Positions 1 through 9,941 of a stretch of 64,000 nt of DNA are shown here, piece by piece. Location: the NCBI GenBank assembly GCA_963796055.1, contig CAWCKH010000004.1, positions 384,001-448,000 of the forward strand. The letters are read 5' to 3'. This DNA is from an uncultured delta proteobacterium (GTDB lineage Bacteria > Myxococcota > Myxococcia > Myxococcales > Myxococcaceae). Position numbers and translations under genes: made by a program. Position 1 is the stretch's first letter; each line of letters opens with the position of its first letter. Below the pieces are notes generated by a model. The model had not been told where the DNA came from and searched no databases. It saw only the letters and a list, made by a program, of their open reading frames with translations.

Positions 1-77
1 ACCACCCGCTCGCCGAGGAAGACGGCGAGCAGGCCGAGCACGGTGGCCGCGGTGAGGGCGCCGCTCCGGGCGTTCAT
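1..77 (-). CDS. 5' end of a membrane protein, probably the Gld-type ABC accessory (GldG-like) subunit; truncated by window edge
   Basis: ATG at 77 overlaps the permease TGA (ATGA). It reads MNARSGALTAATVLGLLAVFLGERV, a hydrophobic N-terminus. Identity is inferred from operon context only. Confidence 0.55.
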   Translation of the reverse strand, partial: MNARSGALTAATVLGLLAVFLGERV

Positions 78-796
78 CGCCACCGCCGCGCCTCGAGCAC
101 CCGGGTGGTGGCGAAGAGGGCCACCCAGGTGACGAGGAGGTAGTAGGCCACGTCGCGCAGATGTACCTGACCCGACTGGAAGGGCGGGAAGTGCGCGTTG
201 TGCAGCGCGATCGCGGCGAAGAGGCTGGAGAACGGTGGCTCGGTCACCGAGGCGAGCAGCCAGGCCACCAGCAGCGACACCAGCAGCGCCGCCCCGAGGA
301 TGGCGGCGACGATCTGGGTCCGGGCGAGCGCGGAGCCGAGCGTGCCGAGCCCGAGCGACGCCGCCCCGAGGAGGAGCAGCCCGAGGTAACCGGCCAGCAG
401 ATGTCCGACGGAGATGTGCCCGTGCACCAGGATCAGCAGCGGCATGTACAGCGTGGCCAGGGTGAGGCCAGAGAGGAACGCCAGCGCCCCGAGGAACTTC
501 CCCAGGACGATGTCCCGGTCGCGCACCGGCGAGGCGTAGAGCAGCGCCAAGGTGCCCAGCTGTCGCTCCTCGGCGAGGAGGCGCATGGCGAGGAAGATGG
601 CGGCGACCATCGTGGGCCCGGAGGCGAAGTAGAAGAAGCGGGTGAGGACCTCGGTGGAGCGGCGCGCCCCCTCGAGGGCGAAGGCGTTGAAGAGGAGCCC
701 ATCGATGAGCAGGACAGAGGTGGCGATGATCCACCCGGTCATGGTGCGCAGGTAGCCGCGCAGCTCCCGGCGGGCGATGAGGAGCGCCGGGCTCAC
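74..796 (-). CDS. ABC-2 type transporter permease (GldF-like)
   Basis: C-terminal part of ORF 74..1771. The GTG start at 796 overlaps the ATPase stop (GTGA). Contains IARRELRGY, MRLLAEERQLGTLALL..SPV...IVLGKF and about 6 TM helices. Confidence 0.88.
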   Translation of the reverse strand: MSPALLIARRELRGYLRTMTGWIIATSVLLIDGLLFNAFALEGARRSTEVLTRFFYFASGPTMVAAIFLAMRLLAEERQLGTLALLYASPVRDRDIVLGKFLGALAFLSGLTLATLYMPLLILVHGHISVGHLLAGYLGLLLLGAASLGLGTLGSALARTQIVAAILGAALLVSLLVAWLLASVTEPPFSSLFAAIALHNAHFPPFQSGQVHLRDVAYYLLVTWVALFATTRVLEARRWR

Positions 797-1728
797 GCCG
801 CGGCCCCCCGGCCGGCGAGCTTCAGGAACAGCGACTCGAGGCGGTCCGCCGAGACGTCCAGCCGGAACAGCTGGGCGCCGGCGCCGAGGGCCGCCTGTGC
901 CAGCACCGGCCGGAGCGCGTCGGGCGCCTCCACCCGGAGCACGGCGTGGCCTCCTGGCAACGGCCGCACGGCAACCCCGTGCACGCCTGGGAGGGCACGG
1001 ACCGCCGCCGCGACCGCGTCGACCGGCCCGGCGATCTCCAGCTCCACTCCGGTTCCGACGCCGAGCCGCTCCTCGAGCTCGGCCTCGCTCCCCTGGGCCA
1101 CCAGCTCGCCATCGCGGACGACCATGAGCCGATCGCAGGTCTGGGCGATCTCCGGAAGGATGTGGCTGGAGACCAGGACGGTGTGGTCTCCGCGCAGGCT
1201 CCGGATGAGGGCGCGCATCTCCACGTTCTGCACCGGGTCCAGCCCGTTGGCCGGTTCGTCGAGGAGGAGCACCTCGGGCCCGTGGACCAGCGCCTGGGCG
1301 ACGCCGACCCGCTGCCGGAAGCCGTGGCTGAGGGTGGAGATGCGCTCGGCGTCGAGGGCGGCCAGCCCGGTGCGCTCCTCGCTCTCCGCCACCCGCGCGC
1401 GGATGCGTGCTGGCTCCACGCCCCGTAGCCCGGCGACGAAGGCGAGGTACTCGCCCACCTCCATCTCCTCGTAGAGCGGCGGGGTCTCGGGCAGGAAGCC
1501 GATGCGCGCCTTCAGCTGCCTGGGCGCGGTGAAGAGGTCCTGGCCGTCGAGGCGAACCGTCCCGGAGGTGGGCAGGAGCACGCAGCCGAGGATACGCAAG
1601 GTGGTGGTCTTTCCCGCGCCGTTGAGGCCCAGGAAGCCCACCACCTCGCCCGAGTCGATTCGGAACGACAGGTTCCGGATGGCCGCCCGTGCTCCGTAGT
1701 ACTTGGAGAGCTGCTCGACCTGGATCAT
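793..1728 (-). CDS. ABC transporter ATP-binding protein (GldA-like)
   Basis: Starts MIQVEQLSKYYG; Walker A GLNGAGKTT, signature LSHGFRQR, Walker B LLLDEP, SSH switch. Confidence 0.93.
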   Translation of the reverse strand: MIQVEQLSKYYGARAAIRNLSFRIDSGEVVGFLGLNGAGKTTTLRILGCVLLPTSGTVRLDGQDLFTAPRQLKARIGFLPETPPLYEEMEVGEYLAFVAGLRGVEPARIRARVAESEERTGLAALDAERISTLSHGFRQRVGVAQALVHGPEVLLLDEPANGLDPVQNVEMRALIRSLRGDHTVLVSSHILPEIAQTCDRLMVVRDGELVAQGSEAELEERLGVGTGVELEIAGPVDAVAAAVRALPGVHGVAVRPLPGGHAVLRVEAPDALRPVLAQAALGAGAQLFRLDVSADRLESLFLKLAGRGAAA

Positions 1729-1796
1729 CAGGGGGGCGCCCTCTTTCCCAGGCACCGGGGCCGCGGGTCAAGGTGGAAGCGCCCTGGCCGCAGCAC

Positions 1797-3134
1797 CTAC
1801 ACCGCGCTCGGCAGACGGACCTTCCCCAGGCAGAAACGCAGGGCGTCCTCCAGGCCGGGCCAGCGGAAGCGGAAACCGGCGTCGAGCAGGGCCCGGGGAA
1901 TCACGTTGGCCCCGGCGAGGACCGACTCCTGGCCCATCTGGCCGAAGACGGCGCGGATGACCGCGGCGGGCACCGCGGCCACGGTGGGCCGGCGGAGCAC
2001 GCGTCCCAGCACGTGGGTGAACCCGGCGTTGGTGACCGGCTCGGGCGCGGTGAGGTTGGCCGCGCCGTGGAAGGACGGGGTGCGAAGGGCGAAGTGGATC
2101 GCGCCGATGACGTCCTCGAGGGAGATCCAGCTGAAGACCTGCCTGCCCGAGCCGAGCTTCCCGCCCGCGCCGGCCTTGAAGATGGGCAGCATCTTCGCCA
2201 GCGCGCCTGCGTCCGGGCTGAGCACGACGCCGGTGCGGAGCCTCACCACCCGGACCCCCGCCTCCTCCGCGGACCGGGTGGCCGCCTCCCAGGCCTCCAC
2301 CAGCTCGGCGAGGAAGCCGGTGCCGCGGGAGGAGGACTCGTCGATGGGGGTGTCGCCGCGGTCGCCGTAGTAGCCCATGGCCGAGCCGTTGATCAGCACC
2401 GACGGGCGGCGGAGCGCGCGGAGGATGCCGGCCACCACGGTCTCGGTGGTGCGCACGCGGCTCTGGCGGAGCTGCTGCTTGCGCTCCTCGGTCCAGCGGC
2501 CCTCGCCCACGTTGGCGCCGGCCAGGTTCACCACCGCGTCGAGCCCGTCGACCTCGGCGGCCTTGTCGCCGCGGCCGAGCCGGACCACGCGGTGGCCACC
2601 GGTGGTGAGGAAGTGGGTCAACGCCTCGCCCAGGAGCCCGTGCGAGCCGGTGATGCCGACCTCGAGGGGCGGGCCGGGCAGCTCGGCATGGCGGGTGAGG
2701 TCGGCGGCGGTGAGCGCGTGGCGGTAGGCGAAGACCGACTCGAGCTTCTCCCGGGCGATGCCGGCCCCGAGCCGGCCCAGGGGCCCCAGCGCGTACCGCA
2801 CCTCGTCCTCCAGCACGGAGCGGCCCTCGCCGTCGGGGAGCATCCGGTGCACGTGTTCCCAGCGGGCAAACGGGCCGGACTCCTGCCGGTCGGTGAAGGA
2901 CCGGCCGTCCTCCAGGGCGGTGTGGACCGCGACCCACGTGCGTGGCACCGGGCCGAGGTGGACACGGAGGACGGTGCGGGCCCCGGGGGTCAGCCCCCCG
3001 GTCCGCTCGAGGATCTCCGCCTTGTCGAAGGGTGGGTTGAGGCGCTCGAAGGCGCCCGGGCGGGCGTGCCAGTCGAACAGCTCCCGGGGCGGTACCGGCA
3101 TCGGGCTGCGCGCGACGTACCGCTGCTCGTCCAT
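1797..3134 (-). CDS. TIGR01777-family NAD(P)-dependent epimerase with N-terminal SRPBCC-like domain
   Basis: Starts MDEQRY. N-domain WHARPGAFERLNPP...F.DRQESGPFARWEH.H, then ITGSHGLLG, VVNLAGANV, GSGRQVFSWISLED and a DUF1731-like C-terminus. Confidence 0.9.
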   Translation of the reverse strand: MDEQRYVARSPMPVPPRELFDWHARPGAFERLNPPFDKAEILERTGGLTPGARTVLRVHLGPVPRTWVAVHTALEDGRSFTDRQESGPFARWEHVHRMLPDGEGRSVLEDEVRYALGPLGRLGAGIAREKLESVFAYRHALTAADLTRHAELPGPPLEVGITGSHGLLGEALTHFLTTGGHRVVRLGRGDKAAEVDGLDAVVNLAGANVGEGRWTEERKQQLRQSRVRTTETVVAGILRALRRPSVLINGSAMGYYGDRGDTPIDESSSRGTGFLAELVEAWEAATRSAEEAGVRVVRLRTGVVLSPDAGALAKMLPIFKAGAGGKLGSGRQVFSWISLEDVIGAIHFALRTPSFHGAANLTAPEPVTNAGFTHVLGRVLRRPTVAAVPAAVIRAVFGQMGQESVLAGANVIPRALLDAGFRFRWPGLEDALRFCLGKVRLPSAV

Positions 3135-3228
3135 CGACGTCCTCCAGACGCCACCCAGGTCACCACTTCCGGGCACCCAGCGGCGCTTGTTATGAGCGTG
3201 GGCGCCTCGTCGCAACCCTGGGGCCTCG

Positions 3229-4200
3229 ATGGAAGTCACCTCACCGGAAAGCATCGCTGCTGCCGTCGCGGTGCTCCGCCGCGGCGGACTGGTGGGGCTG
3301 CCGACGGAGACGGTGTACGGGCTGGCGGCGGACGCGGAGAACGAGCTGGCGGTGCGGCGCATCTTCGCGGTGAAGGGCCGCCCGTCGACCCATCCCTTGA
3401 TCGTCCACGTGGCGCAGGCAGCGGCGGTCGAGTCGTGGGCGGCGCACGTTCCGCCGGAGGCGTACCGGCTCGCCTCGGCGTTCTGGCCCGGCCCGCTGAC
3501 CCTGGTGCTCAAGCGGTCCGCGCGCGCCTCGGACGCGGTGACGGGCGGACAGGACACGGTGGCGCTGCGGGTGCCCGGGCATCCGGTGGCGCTGGCGGTG
3601 CTGCGGGCGTTCGACGGCGGGGTGGCGGCGCCGAGCGCGAACCGCTTCGGCCAGGTGAGCCCGACCCGTGCCGAGCACGTCCGGGCGGATCTGGGGAGCG
3701 ACGTGGACCTCGTTCTCGACGGGGGCCCGGCCCGGGTGGGGGTGGAGTCGACGATCGTCGACCTGAGCGGCGCCGAGCCGGTGCTCCTGCGTCCGGGCGG
3801 GGTGCCGGTGGAGTCGGTGGAGCAGGTGCTCGAGCGGCGCATCTCGCGGATGCCTGGCCGGAAGATCCGGGCCCCGGGCCTGCTCCCCTCGCACTACGCG
3901 CCGCGCGCCGGGGTACTGCTCGCCGAGCCGGGCGGGGCGGTGGCGAAGGCGCTGGCGCTCGCCGGGAGTGGACGGAAGGTGGCGGTGGCGGTGCCCGAGG
4001 CGGTCGAGGTGCCGGAGCCGCTGGTCGCGCTCCGCATCCCGGGCGACGTGGAGGGCCTGGCGCGGGAGCTCTACGCCGTCTTCCGTGCGGCGGACGAGGC
4101 AAAGGTCGATGTGGCCGTGATCTCTGTCCCGGGCGAGGAGGGGCTCGGGCTGGCGGTCGTCGATCGCCTGCGTCGCGCGGCGGCGCCCCGGGGCGGCTGA
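3229..4200 (+). CDS. tsaC: L-threonylcarbamoyladenylate synthase (Sua5/YrdC with SUA5 C-terminal domain)
   Basis: PTETVYGL, KGRPSTHPLIVH, FWPGPLT, APSAN, GVESTIVD, APG...SHYAP. Confidence 0.95.
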   Translation: MEVTSPESIAAAVAVLRRGGLVGLPTETVYGLAADAENELAVRRIFAVKGRPSTHPLIVHVAQAAAVESWAAHVPPEAYRLASAFWPGPLTLVLKRSARASDAVTGGQDTVALRVPGHPVALAVLRAFDGGVAAPSANRFGQVSPTRAEHVRADLGSDVDLVLDGGPARVGVESTIVDLSGAEPVLLRPGGVPVESVEQVLERRISRMPGRKIRAPGLLPSHYAPRAGVLLAEPGGAVAKALALAGSGRKVAVAVPEAVEVPEPLVALRIPGDVEGLARELYAVFRAADEAKVDVAVISVPGEEGLGLAVVDRLRRAAAPRGG

Positions 4201-4251
4201 TCGCCTGGCCGCCTGGCGTCTCGCGCCGAGAGCGGACCACACTCTGCGCCG

Positions 4252-5130
4252 ATGCCGACCTGGGCGCCTGAACGCGTCGTCTCCCCCGTCGAGGCGGTGG
4301 CACTGATCGAGACGCAGATGGCCGATCTCCGCCCGGTGACCATCGGACGCGCCTGGACCGGCTGGGACAACACCGTCTACGAGGTGAACGGCGAGCTGGT
4401 GTTTCGCTTTCCCCGGCGCCAGGTCGCGGTGCGGCTTCTCGAGACCGAGATCCGCCTGCTGCCACGCCTCGCACCCCGCCTGCCCCTCCCCGTCGCCGTC
4501 CCGGAGCGGGTGGGCCAGCCGACGGGCGCCTATCCGTGGCCGTTCGCCGGTTACTGCAAGCTACCGGGCGAGACCGCCGATCGCGTCCACCTCACCGACG
4601 CGCAGCGCGCCTCGCTGGCCGCGCCTCTGGGTCGATTTCTCGTGGCGCTCCACTCGCTCGGCACGGAGGGGCTCGAACTGCCCGCCGACGAGTGGGGGCG
4701 GCTGGATTTCCGTCATTGTCTGCCGGAGTTCCGCGAGCGCGCCGCCGTCATCGGGCTCCTGCGCGCGGAGGCGTGGGAGCGGGAGCTCGAGGCGGCGCCG
4801 CCATCGCGCCCCCGCGCCGTGGTGCACGGCGATTTTTACTCGCGCGCACTGCTGGTGGATCTCCTCGACGGAGCGCACCTCGCCGGTGTGATCGACTGGG
4901 GCGACCTGCATCTCGGCGATCCAGCGGTCGATCTGGCGATCGCACACTCCTTCCTCCCTGCCGCCGCGCACGACGCCTTCCGCGAAGCCTACGGGCCAAT
5001 CGACCAGGAGACATGGCTCCTGGCACGGCTGAGGGCGATCGCCCACACCACCGCCGTGCTGGCCTACGCGCTCGACGTCTGCGACGCGGACCTCGAGCGC
5101 GAGGCCCGCGACGCCCTGTCCCGGATGTGA
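4252..5130 (+). CDS. Phosphotransferase (APH/choline-kinase-like family)
   Basis: GWDN, VFRFPRR, HGDF and IDWGD..LGDPAVD kinase motifs. Confidence 0.88.
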   Translation: MPTWAPERVVSPVEAVALIETQMADLRPVTIGRAWTGWDNTVYEVNGELVFRFPRRQVAVRLLETEIRLLPRLAPRLPLPVAVPERVGQPTGAYPWPFAGYCKLPGETADRVHLTDAQRASLAAPLGRFLVALHSLGTEGLELPADEWGRLDFRHCLPEFRERAAVIGLLRAEAWERELEAAPPSRPRAVVHGDFYSRALLVDLLDGAHLAGVIDWGDLHLGDPAVDLAIAHSFLPAAAHDAFREAYGPIDQETWLLARLRAIAHTTAVLAYALDVCDADLEREARDALSRM

Positions 5131-5189
5131 GCGGTGCTCGGCGCCGCGTCATCGGTCGCCAGAGCCTCGCATACCCCGCAAGGAGCGAG

Positions 5190-6245
5190 TCAGGCTGCGT
5201 CGGTTAGCGGCTCGTCCCCCCGCAGCTGCCGGAGCATCTGCGTCAGCCCCCGCACCCATGACGGATGCGCATTGAGGCTCGGCACCAGGGTCAGCGCCTC
5301 TCCGCCATGCGCCAGGAACTGGTCCCTGGCCCGGATCCCGATCTCCTCCAAGGTCTCCAGGCAATCGGCGACGAACGCCGGGCAGAACACCGCCAGGCGC
5401 TTCGCCCCGCTCCGGGCCAGCTCGGGAATGACCAGATCGGTGTACGGCTTGATCCACGGCGTCCGCCCCAGCCGGCTCTGGAAGGTCACCGTCCACTTCC
5501 CCGCCTCGAGCCCGAGCCGCTGCGCCAGCGCCCGCGCGGTGAAGACGCACTGCATCCGGTAGCACCACCGGTTCGCCGGAACCTGGACGTCGCAGCAGTC
5601 CGCCCGCGCCAGGCAGTGCGCCCCGGTCGGGTCGCTCTTCTTCACCTGCCGCTCGGGCAGTCCGTGGAAGCTGAACAGCACGTGATCCGGCCGTGCCTCC
5701 GCCAGCACCGGCCGCCCGACGTCGGCGAAGGCGTCCAGGAACGCCGGCCGGTCGTAGAACGGCGGCAACACCCTGATCGCCTCCACGTTCCACGCCTCGC
5801 CCACCAGCTGGTACACCCGCTCCAGGCTGGATCCGGTCGAGCTCGAGGCGTACTGCGGATACAGGGGGACCACGCTCAGCTCCCGCACCCCGCGGGCCCG
5901 CAGCTTCTCCAGCGCCGAGCCGAGCGATGGCTTGCCGTACCGCATCCCCAGCTCCACGGTCCACGCGGGACCCAGCGCATCCTGAAGCCGATCCCGCAGC
6001 GCCAGCCCGTACACCAGCAGGGGCGAGCCCTGGCGCATCCAGATCTTCCGGTACGCCTCGGCGGACTTCTGCGGCCGGAACGGGAGGATCGCCCCGTAGA
6101 GCAGCGCCGCCCGACCCACCGGAGGAATGTCGAGCACCCGGGGATCGCTGAGGAACTCGCGGAGGTAGCGCCGCACCGGCCCCGTCTCCGGCGCGTCCGG
6201 GGTTCCCAGGTTGATCAGCAGCACGCCCTGCGGAGAGGAGTCCAT
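5190..6245 (-). CDS. hemH: Protoporphyrin ferrochelatase, [2Fe-2S] internal-insert type
   Basis: LLINLGTP, YLREFLSDPRV, PLYPQYASS, FSFHGLPER, FQSRLG, ADCLETLEEI. Start ATG abuts the apaG stop. Confidence 0.95.
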   Translation of the reverse strand: MDSSPQGVLLINLGTPDAPETGPVRRYLREFLSDPRVLDIPPVGRAALLYGAILPFRPQKSAEAYRKIWMRQGSPLLVYGLALRDRLQDALGPAWTVELGMRYGKPSLGSALEKLRARGVRELSVVPLYPQYASSSTGSSLERVYQLVGEAWNVEAIRVLPPFYDRPAFLDAFADVGRPVLAEARPDHVLFSFHGLPERQVKKSDPTGAHCLARADCCDVQVPANRWCYRMQCVFTARALAQRLGLEAGKWTVTFQSRLGRTPWIKPYTDLVIPELARSGAKRLAVFCPAFVADCLETLEEIGIRARDQFLAHGGEALTLVPSLNAHPSWVRGLTQMLRQLRGDEPLTDAA

Positions 6246-6628
6246 CAGTTCAGCGCGTTGGGTTGGGTCAAGGCGAACTCCGCGATGCGGGCCTCGAACG
6301 TGGACCCGTCGGGGCGCACGAAGGTGTAGCTCCCCCGCATCGTCCCGAACGGCGTGCGCAGCATCGCCCAGCTCCGGTACTCGAAGCGCTCGCCCGGGCC
6401 GAGCCGTGGCGCCTCCCCGACCACTCCCTGTCCCCGCACCTCCTCCACGTGCCCATTGGCGTCGGTGATGATCCAGTGCCGGCTCCGAAGCTGGGCTGGC
6501 GCGCTGCCCTCGTTGGCGATCTCCACCGCGTAGCTGAAGGCGAACTGCCCGTTCTCCGGAGCGCTGCGTTCGGCCCAGAAGCTGGGCTGGACGGTGACCC
6601 GGATGCCCTCGGTGACGGTGGTGGACAT
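6245..6628 (-). CDS. apaG: ApaG/CorD (Co2+/Mg2+ efflux-associated) protein
   Basis: Starts MSTTVTEGIRVTV; QLRSRHWIITDANG.VEEVRGQGVVGEAP.L.PG, GTMRGSY. Confidence 0.93.
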   Translation of the reverse strand: MSTTVTEGIRVTVQPSFWAERSAPENGQFAFSYAVEIANEGSAPAQLRSRHWIITDANGHVEEVRGQGVVGEAPRLGPGERFEYRSWAMLRTPFGTMRGSYTFVRPDGSTFEARIAEFALTQPNALN

Positions 6629-6703
6629 GGCCCGGCGGCACCATGGCCCGTCCCCCGCCCGGGGCGCAACGGTCATCGCGGAGACCCTGTGGGCCGATCG
6701 GAA

Positions 6704-6718
6704 GATTGCGCCGCAATC
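6704..6718. promoter_or_regulatory. Palindrome GATTGCG-C-CGCAATC upstream of apaG-hemH; possible operator
   Basis: Perfect 7-1-7 inverted repeat in the terC-apaG intergenic region. Function is inferred only. Confidence 0.3.
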
Positions 6719-6834
6719 GCGGCCGAGGCCAAGGAGCGAGGAGGGAGCGGGGCCCGAGTCCCGTGACCGAGGAGCGACGCAGGGATCGGTCGCGAGGGCT
6801 AGCAAGGGCCGAGCGGCCCGCTGGGTTTCCGCGA

Positions 6835-7791
6835 TCAGGCCCCGGGACCGTCCTGCTCCGGCGACGCCTGCTCCCCCCGGCCTCTCCACCAGGAGGCGAC
6901 GAAGGCCAGGAGCAGCACCCCGGCGATGACCGCCAGCGAGAGCCACACCGGGACCGGCACCCACGGCTCGACGAGCATCTTCAGGCCGACGAACCCCAGC
7001 ACCACCGCCAGCGCCGGCTTGAGGTAGTGCAGCCGGGAGAGGAGCGAGCGCAGGAGGAAGAACAGCGAGCGGAGCCCGAGCACCGCGGCGACGTTGCTGC
7101 TGAAGAGGACGAAGGAATCGCGGCTCACGCCCAGCACCGCGGGGATGGAGTCGAGCGCGAACATGAGATCCGTGGTCTCCACCACCAGCAGCACCAGGAA
7201 CAGCGGAGTGACCTGGATGCCGTGCGGGCCACGGACGATGAAGCGAGCCGCCGGCGCCGGATCCGCCACCGGGAGCACCCGGCGGGCGAGCTTGAGGACC
7301 GGGTTCTGGGCGGGATCTGCCTCGGGCTCGGCCTCGCCGCCGCGGACCAGCTTGAACGCCGTCCAGAGGAGGAAGGCACCGAAAAGATAGAGCAGCCACT
7401 CGAACTCGCGGACCAGCGCCGCGCCCCCGAGGATCAGGGTCCCCCGGAGCAGGAACGCGCCCAGCACGCCCCAGAACAGCAGCAGGTGCTGCTCCCCGGG
7501 CTTGATCCGGAAGTACTGGAAGACGAGGAGGAAGACGAAGAGGTTGTCGACGCTGAGCGCGTACTCGACGACGTAAGCGGTGAAGAACTCCAGGCCCCGC
7601 TGCTGTCCGCGGAACCACCACAGCCCCGCCCCGAACGCCACCGAGAGGCTGACCCAGAGCAGCACCCACCGCGCGGCCTGGCCGGCGGTCTGCGGCCGGT
7701 GTCCCCGGAGACGGGCCACGCCCAGGTCCAGTGCCAGCACCGCGAGGACGCCGACGTTGAACAGCAGCCAGACCCACCAGGGGGTGCTCAT
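6835..7791 (-). CDS. TerC/Alx-family metal homeostasis membrane protein
   Basis: EFFTAYVVEYALSVDNLFVF, VETTDLMFALDSIPAV, SNVAAVLGLRSLFF. ATG overlaps the glgX stop. Confidence 0.92.
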   Translation of the reverse strand: MSTPWWVWLLFNVGVLAVLALDLGVARLRGHRPQTAGQAARWVLLWVSLSVAFGAGLWWFRGQQRGLEFFTAYVVEYALSVDNLFVFLLVFQYFRIKPGEQHLLLFWGVLGAFLLRGTLILGGAALVREFEWLLYLFGAFLLWTAFKLVRGGEAEPEADPAQNPVLKLARRVLPVADPAPAARFIVRGPHGIQVTPLFLVLLVVETTDLMFALDSIPAVLGVSRDSFVLFSSNVAAVLGLRSLFFLLRSLLSRLHYLKPALAVVLGFVGLKMLVEPWVPVPVWLSLAVIAGVLLLAFVASWWRGRGEQASPEQDGPGA

Positions 7792-9941
7792 CCGCCGCCG
7801 CCGCCCGGGATCGCCGGTCGGCGGAGCACCATCATCGCGCGGTCCACGACGGTGAGCTTGCCACCGGCGGGGGCAAAGGCGCCGGTCTTCCCGTCGTCGT
7901 TGGCGGTGTCGACCAGGATCTCCCAGTCGCTGCCCCACTCGATGGCCGGGAGCACGAACTCCACCGGCTCGTGGTGGGCGTTCATGAGGATCAGCAGCGT
8001 GTCGCCGACCACCTTGTTCCCCTGCGGGTCGGTGGTGGCGATGGCATCGCCCCCGAGGAGGTAGCCCAGCGAGCGGACGAAGGGCTGATTCCAGTCCTCC
8101 TGGGTCATCTCGCTGCCGTCGGGCCGGAACCAGGCCAGGTCCTTGAGGTCCGAGTCCCAGATGTGCTGCCCGCGGAAGAACCGCCGCCGCTTCAGCACCG
8201 GCTGCTCGCGCCGCATCTTGATCAGCCGCTGGGTGAAGGTCAGCAGCGACTTCTTCCGCTCGTCGAGTTTCCAGTCCACCCAGGAGATCTCGTTGTCCTG
8301 GCAGTAGGCGTTGTTGTTCCCGCCCTGGGTCCGGCCGATCTCGTCGCCGGCCAGCAGCATCGGCACGCCGTTGGAGACGAGGAGCGTGGTGAGGAAGTTG
8401 CGGACCTGCCGGTCCCGCAGCGCGTTGATCTGGGGATCGTCGGTCGGCCCCTCCACGCCGCAGTTCCAGGAGTTGTTCTCGTCCGCGCCGTCCTTGTTGT
8501 GCTCGAGGTTCGCCCCGTTGTGCTTCTGGTTGTAGGAGACCAGGTCGCGGAGCGTGTACCCGTCGTGGGCGGTGATGAAGTTGATCGAGGCGTGTGGCCC
8601 CCGCCCAGAGAGCTGGAACAGGTCCGACGACCCGGTGAGCCGGTAGCCAATCTCGGCGGCGAGGTTGTCCTCGCCCTTCCAGTACTTCCGGAAGGAGTCG
8701 CGGTACTTCCCGTTCCACTCGGAGAAGTCCACCGGGATCGCCCCGAGCTGGTACCCGCCCGGGCCCACGTCCCACGGCTCGGCGATGAGCTTCACCCGGC
8801 TGAGCACCGGGTCCTGGTGGATGGCCTGGAAGAACGGCGCATTCCGGTCGAAGATCAGACGGTGGCGTCCCAACGTGGTCGCCAGGTCGAAGCGAAAGCC
8901 GTCGACCTGCATCTCCTGGACCCAGTAGCGCAGCGAGTCGGTCACCAGCTTCAAGCTCTGAGGGTGGTCCAGGTTGAGGCTGTTCCCGGTGCCGGTGAAG
9001 TCCTGGAAGTAGCGCGGCGACTCAGCGGACATCAAATAGTACGCGAGCGGATCGAGGCCCTTGAGGCTCAGCGTCGGCCCGAGGTGATTTCCCTCGCCGG
9101 TGTGATTGTAGACCACGTCCAGCAGCACCTCGATGCCGGAGCGGTGCAGCGCCTTCACCATGCCCTTGAACTCGTTCACCACGTTGAAGGGTCCGGTGCA
9201 GGCGTAACGCGCGTCGGGGGCGAAGTACCCGAGCGTGTTGTAGCCCCAGTAGTTGGTGAGCCCCTTGGCCTCGAGGAACCCCTCGTCCACCGCCTGGTGC
9301 ACGGGGAGGAACTCCACCGCGGTGATTCCCAGCCTGGTCAGGTAGTCGATCACCACCGGATGGGCGAAGGCGCCGTACGTCCCGCGCAGGTACTCGGGGA
9401 TGTCGGGGTGGCGCATGGTGAAGCCACGCACGTGGGTCTCGTAGACGACGAGCCGGGGCCAGGTGATGCGCGGACTCTCCACGCCCTCCCAGTTGAACCT
9501 GCCGTCCACCACGATGGCGCGGGGCATGCCCGGGGCGCTGTCGCGGTCGTCGAAGGAGAGGTCCGCCTTCCGGCTTCCGACCCGGTAGGCGTAGACCGGC
9601 GCGTCGAAGTCCACCCGGCCGAAGATGGCGCGGGCATAGGGATCGACCAGCAGCTTGTTGGCGTTGAAGCGCAGTCCGCGGCTGGGGTCGTACGGCCCGT
9701 CGGCGCGGAATCCGTAGAGCGTGCCCGGGCCGACTCCCTTGAGATATCCATGCCGCACGTTCCGGGTGCGCTCGGGCAGGGTGACCCGCGCCGTCTCGCG
9801 GTTGGGGTCGCGCACGTCGTAGAGACAGACGTCGATGCGCTCCGCCCACTCGGAGAAGACCGCGACGTTCACTCCTTCCCCATCCCAGGTCGCTCCCAGC
9901 GGCTGCGGCTTTCCGGGCCAGACCGCGGTGGGGACGGTCAT
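7788..9941 (-). CDS. glgX: Glycogen debranching enzyme (GH13_11)
   Basis: PLGATWDG, NYWGYNT, DVVYNHT, DGFRFDLA, IAEPWD, TAHDG, GNNNAYCQDN. Confidence 0.97.
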   Translation of the reverse strand: MTVPTAVWPGKPQPLGATWDGEGVNVAVFSEWAERIDVCLYDVRDPNRETARVTLPERTRNVRHGYLKGVGPGTLYGFRADGPYDPSRGLRFNANKLLVDPYARAIFGRVDFDAPVYAYRVGSRKADLSFDDRDSAPGMPRAIVVDGRFNWEGVESPRITWPRLVVYETHVRGFTMRHPDIPEYLRGTYGAFAHPVVIDYLTRLGITAVEFLPVHQAVDEGFLEAKGLTNYWGYNTLGYFAPDARYACTGPFNVVNEFKGMVKALHRSGIEVLLDVVYNHTGEGNHLGPTLSLKGLDPLAYYLMSAESPRYFQDFTGTGNSLNLDHPQSLKLVTDSLRYWVQEMQVDGFRFDLATTLGRHRLIFDRNAPFFQAIHQDPVLSRVKLIAEPWDVGPGGYQLGAIPVDFSEWNGKYRDSFRKYWKGEDNLAAEIGYRLTGSSDLFQLSGRGPHASINFITAHDGYTLRDLVSYNQKHNGANLEHNKDGADENNSWNCGVEGPTDDPQINALRDRQVRNFLTTLLVSNGVPMLLAGDEIGRTQGGNNNAYCQDNEISWVDWKLDERKKSLLTFTQRLIKMRREQPVLKRRRFFRGQHIWDSDLKDLAWFRPDGSEMTQEDWNQPFVRSLGYLLGGDAIATTDPQGNKVVGDTLLILMNAHHEPVEFVLPAIEWGSDWEILVDTANDDGKTGAFAPAGGKLTVVDRAMMVLRRPAIPGGGGG

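Noticed and set aside
7792..7900. yybP-ykoY riboswitch ahead of terC
   Set aside because: This region is glgX coding sequence; there is no leader.
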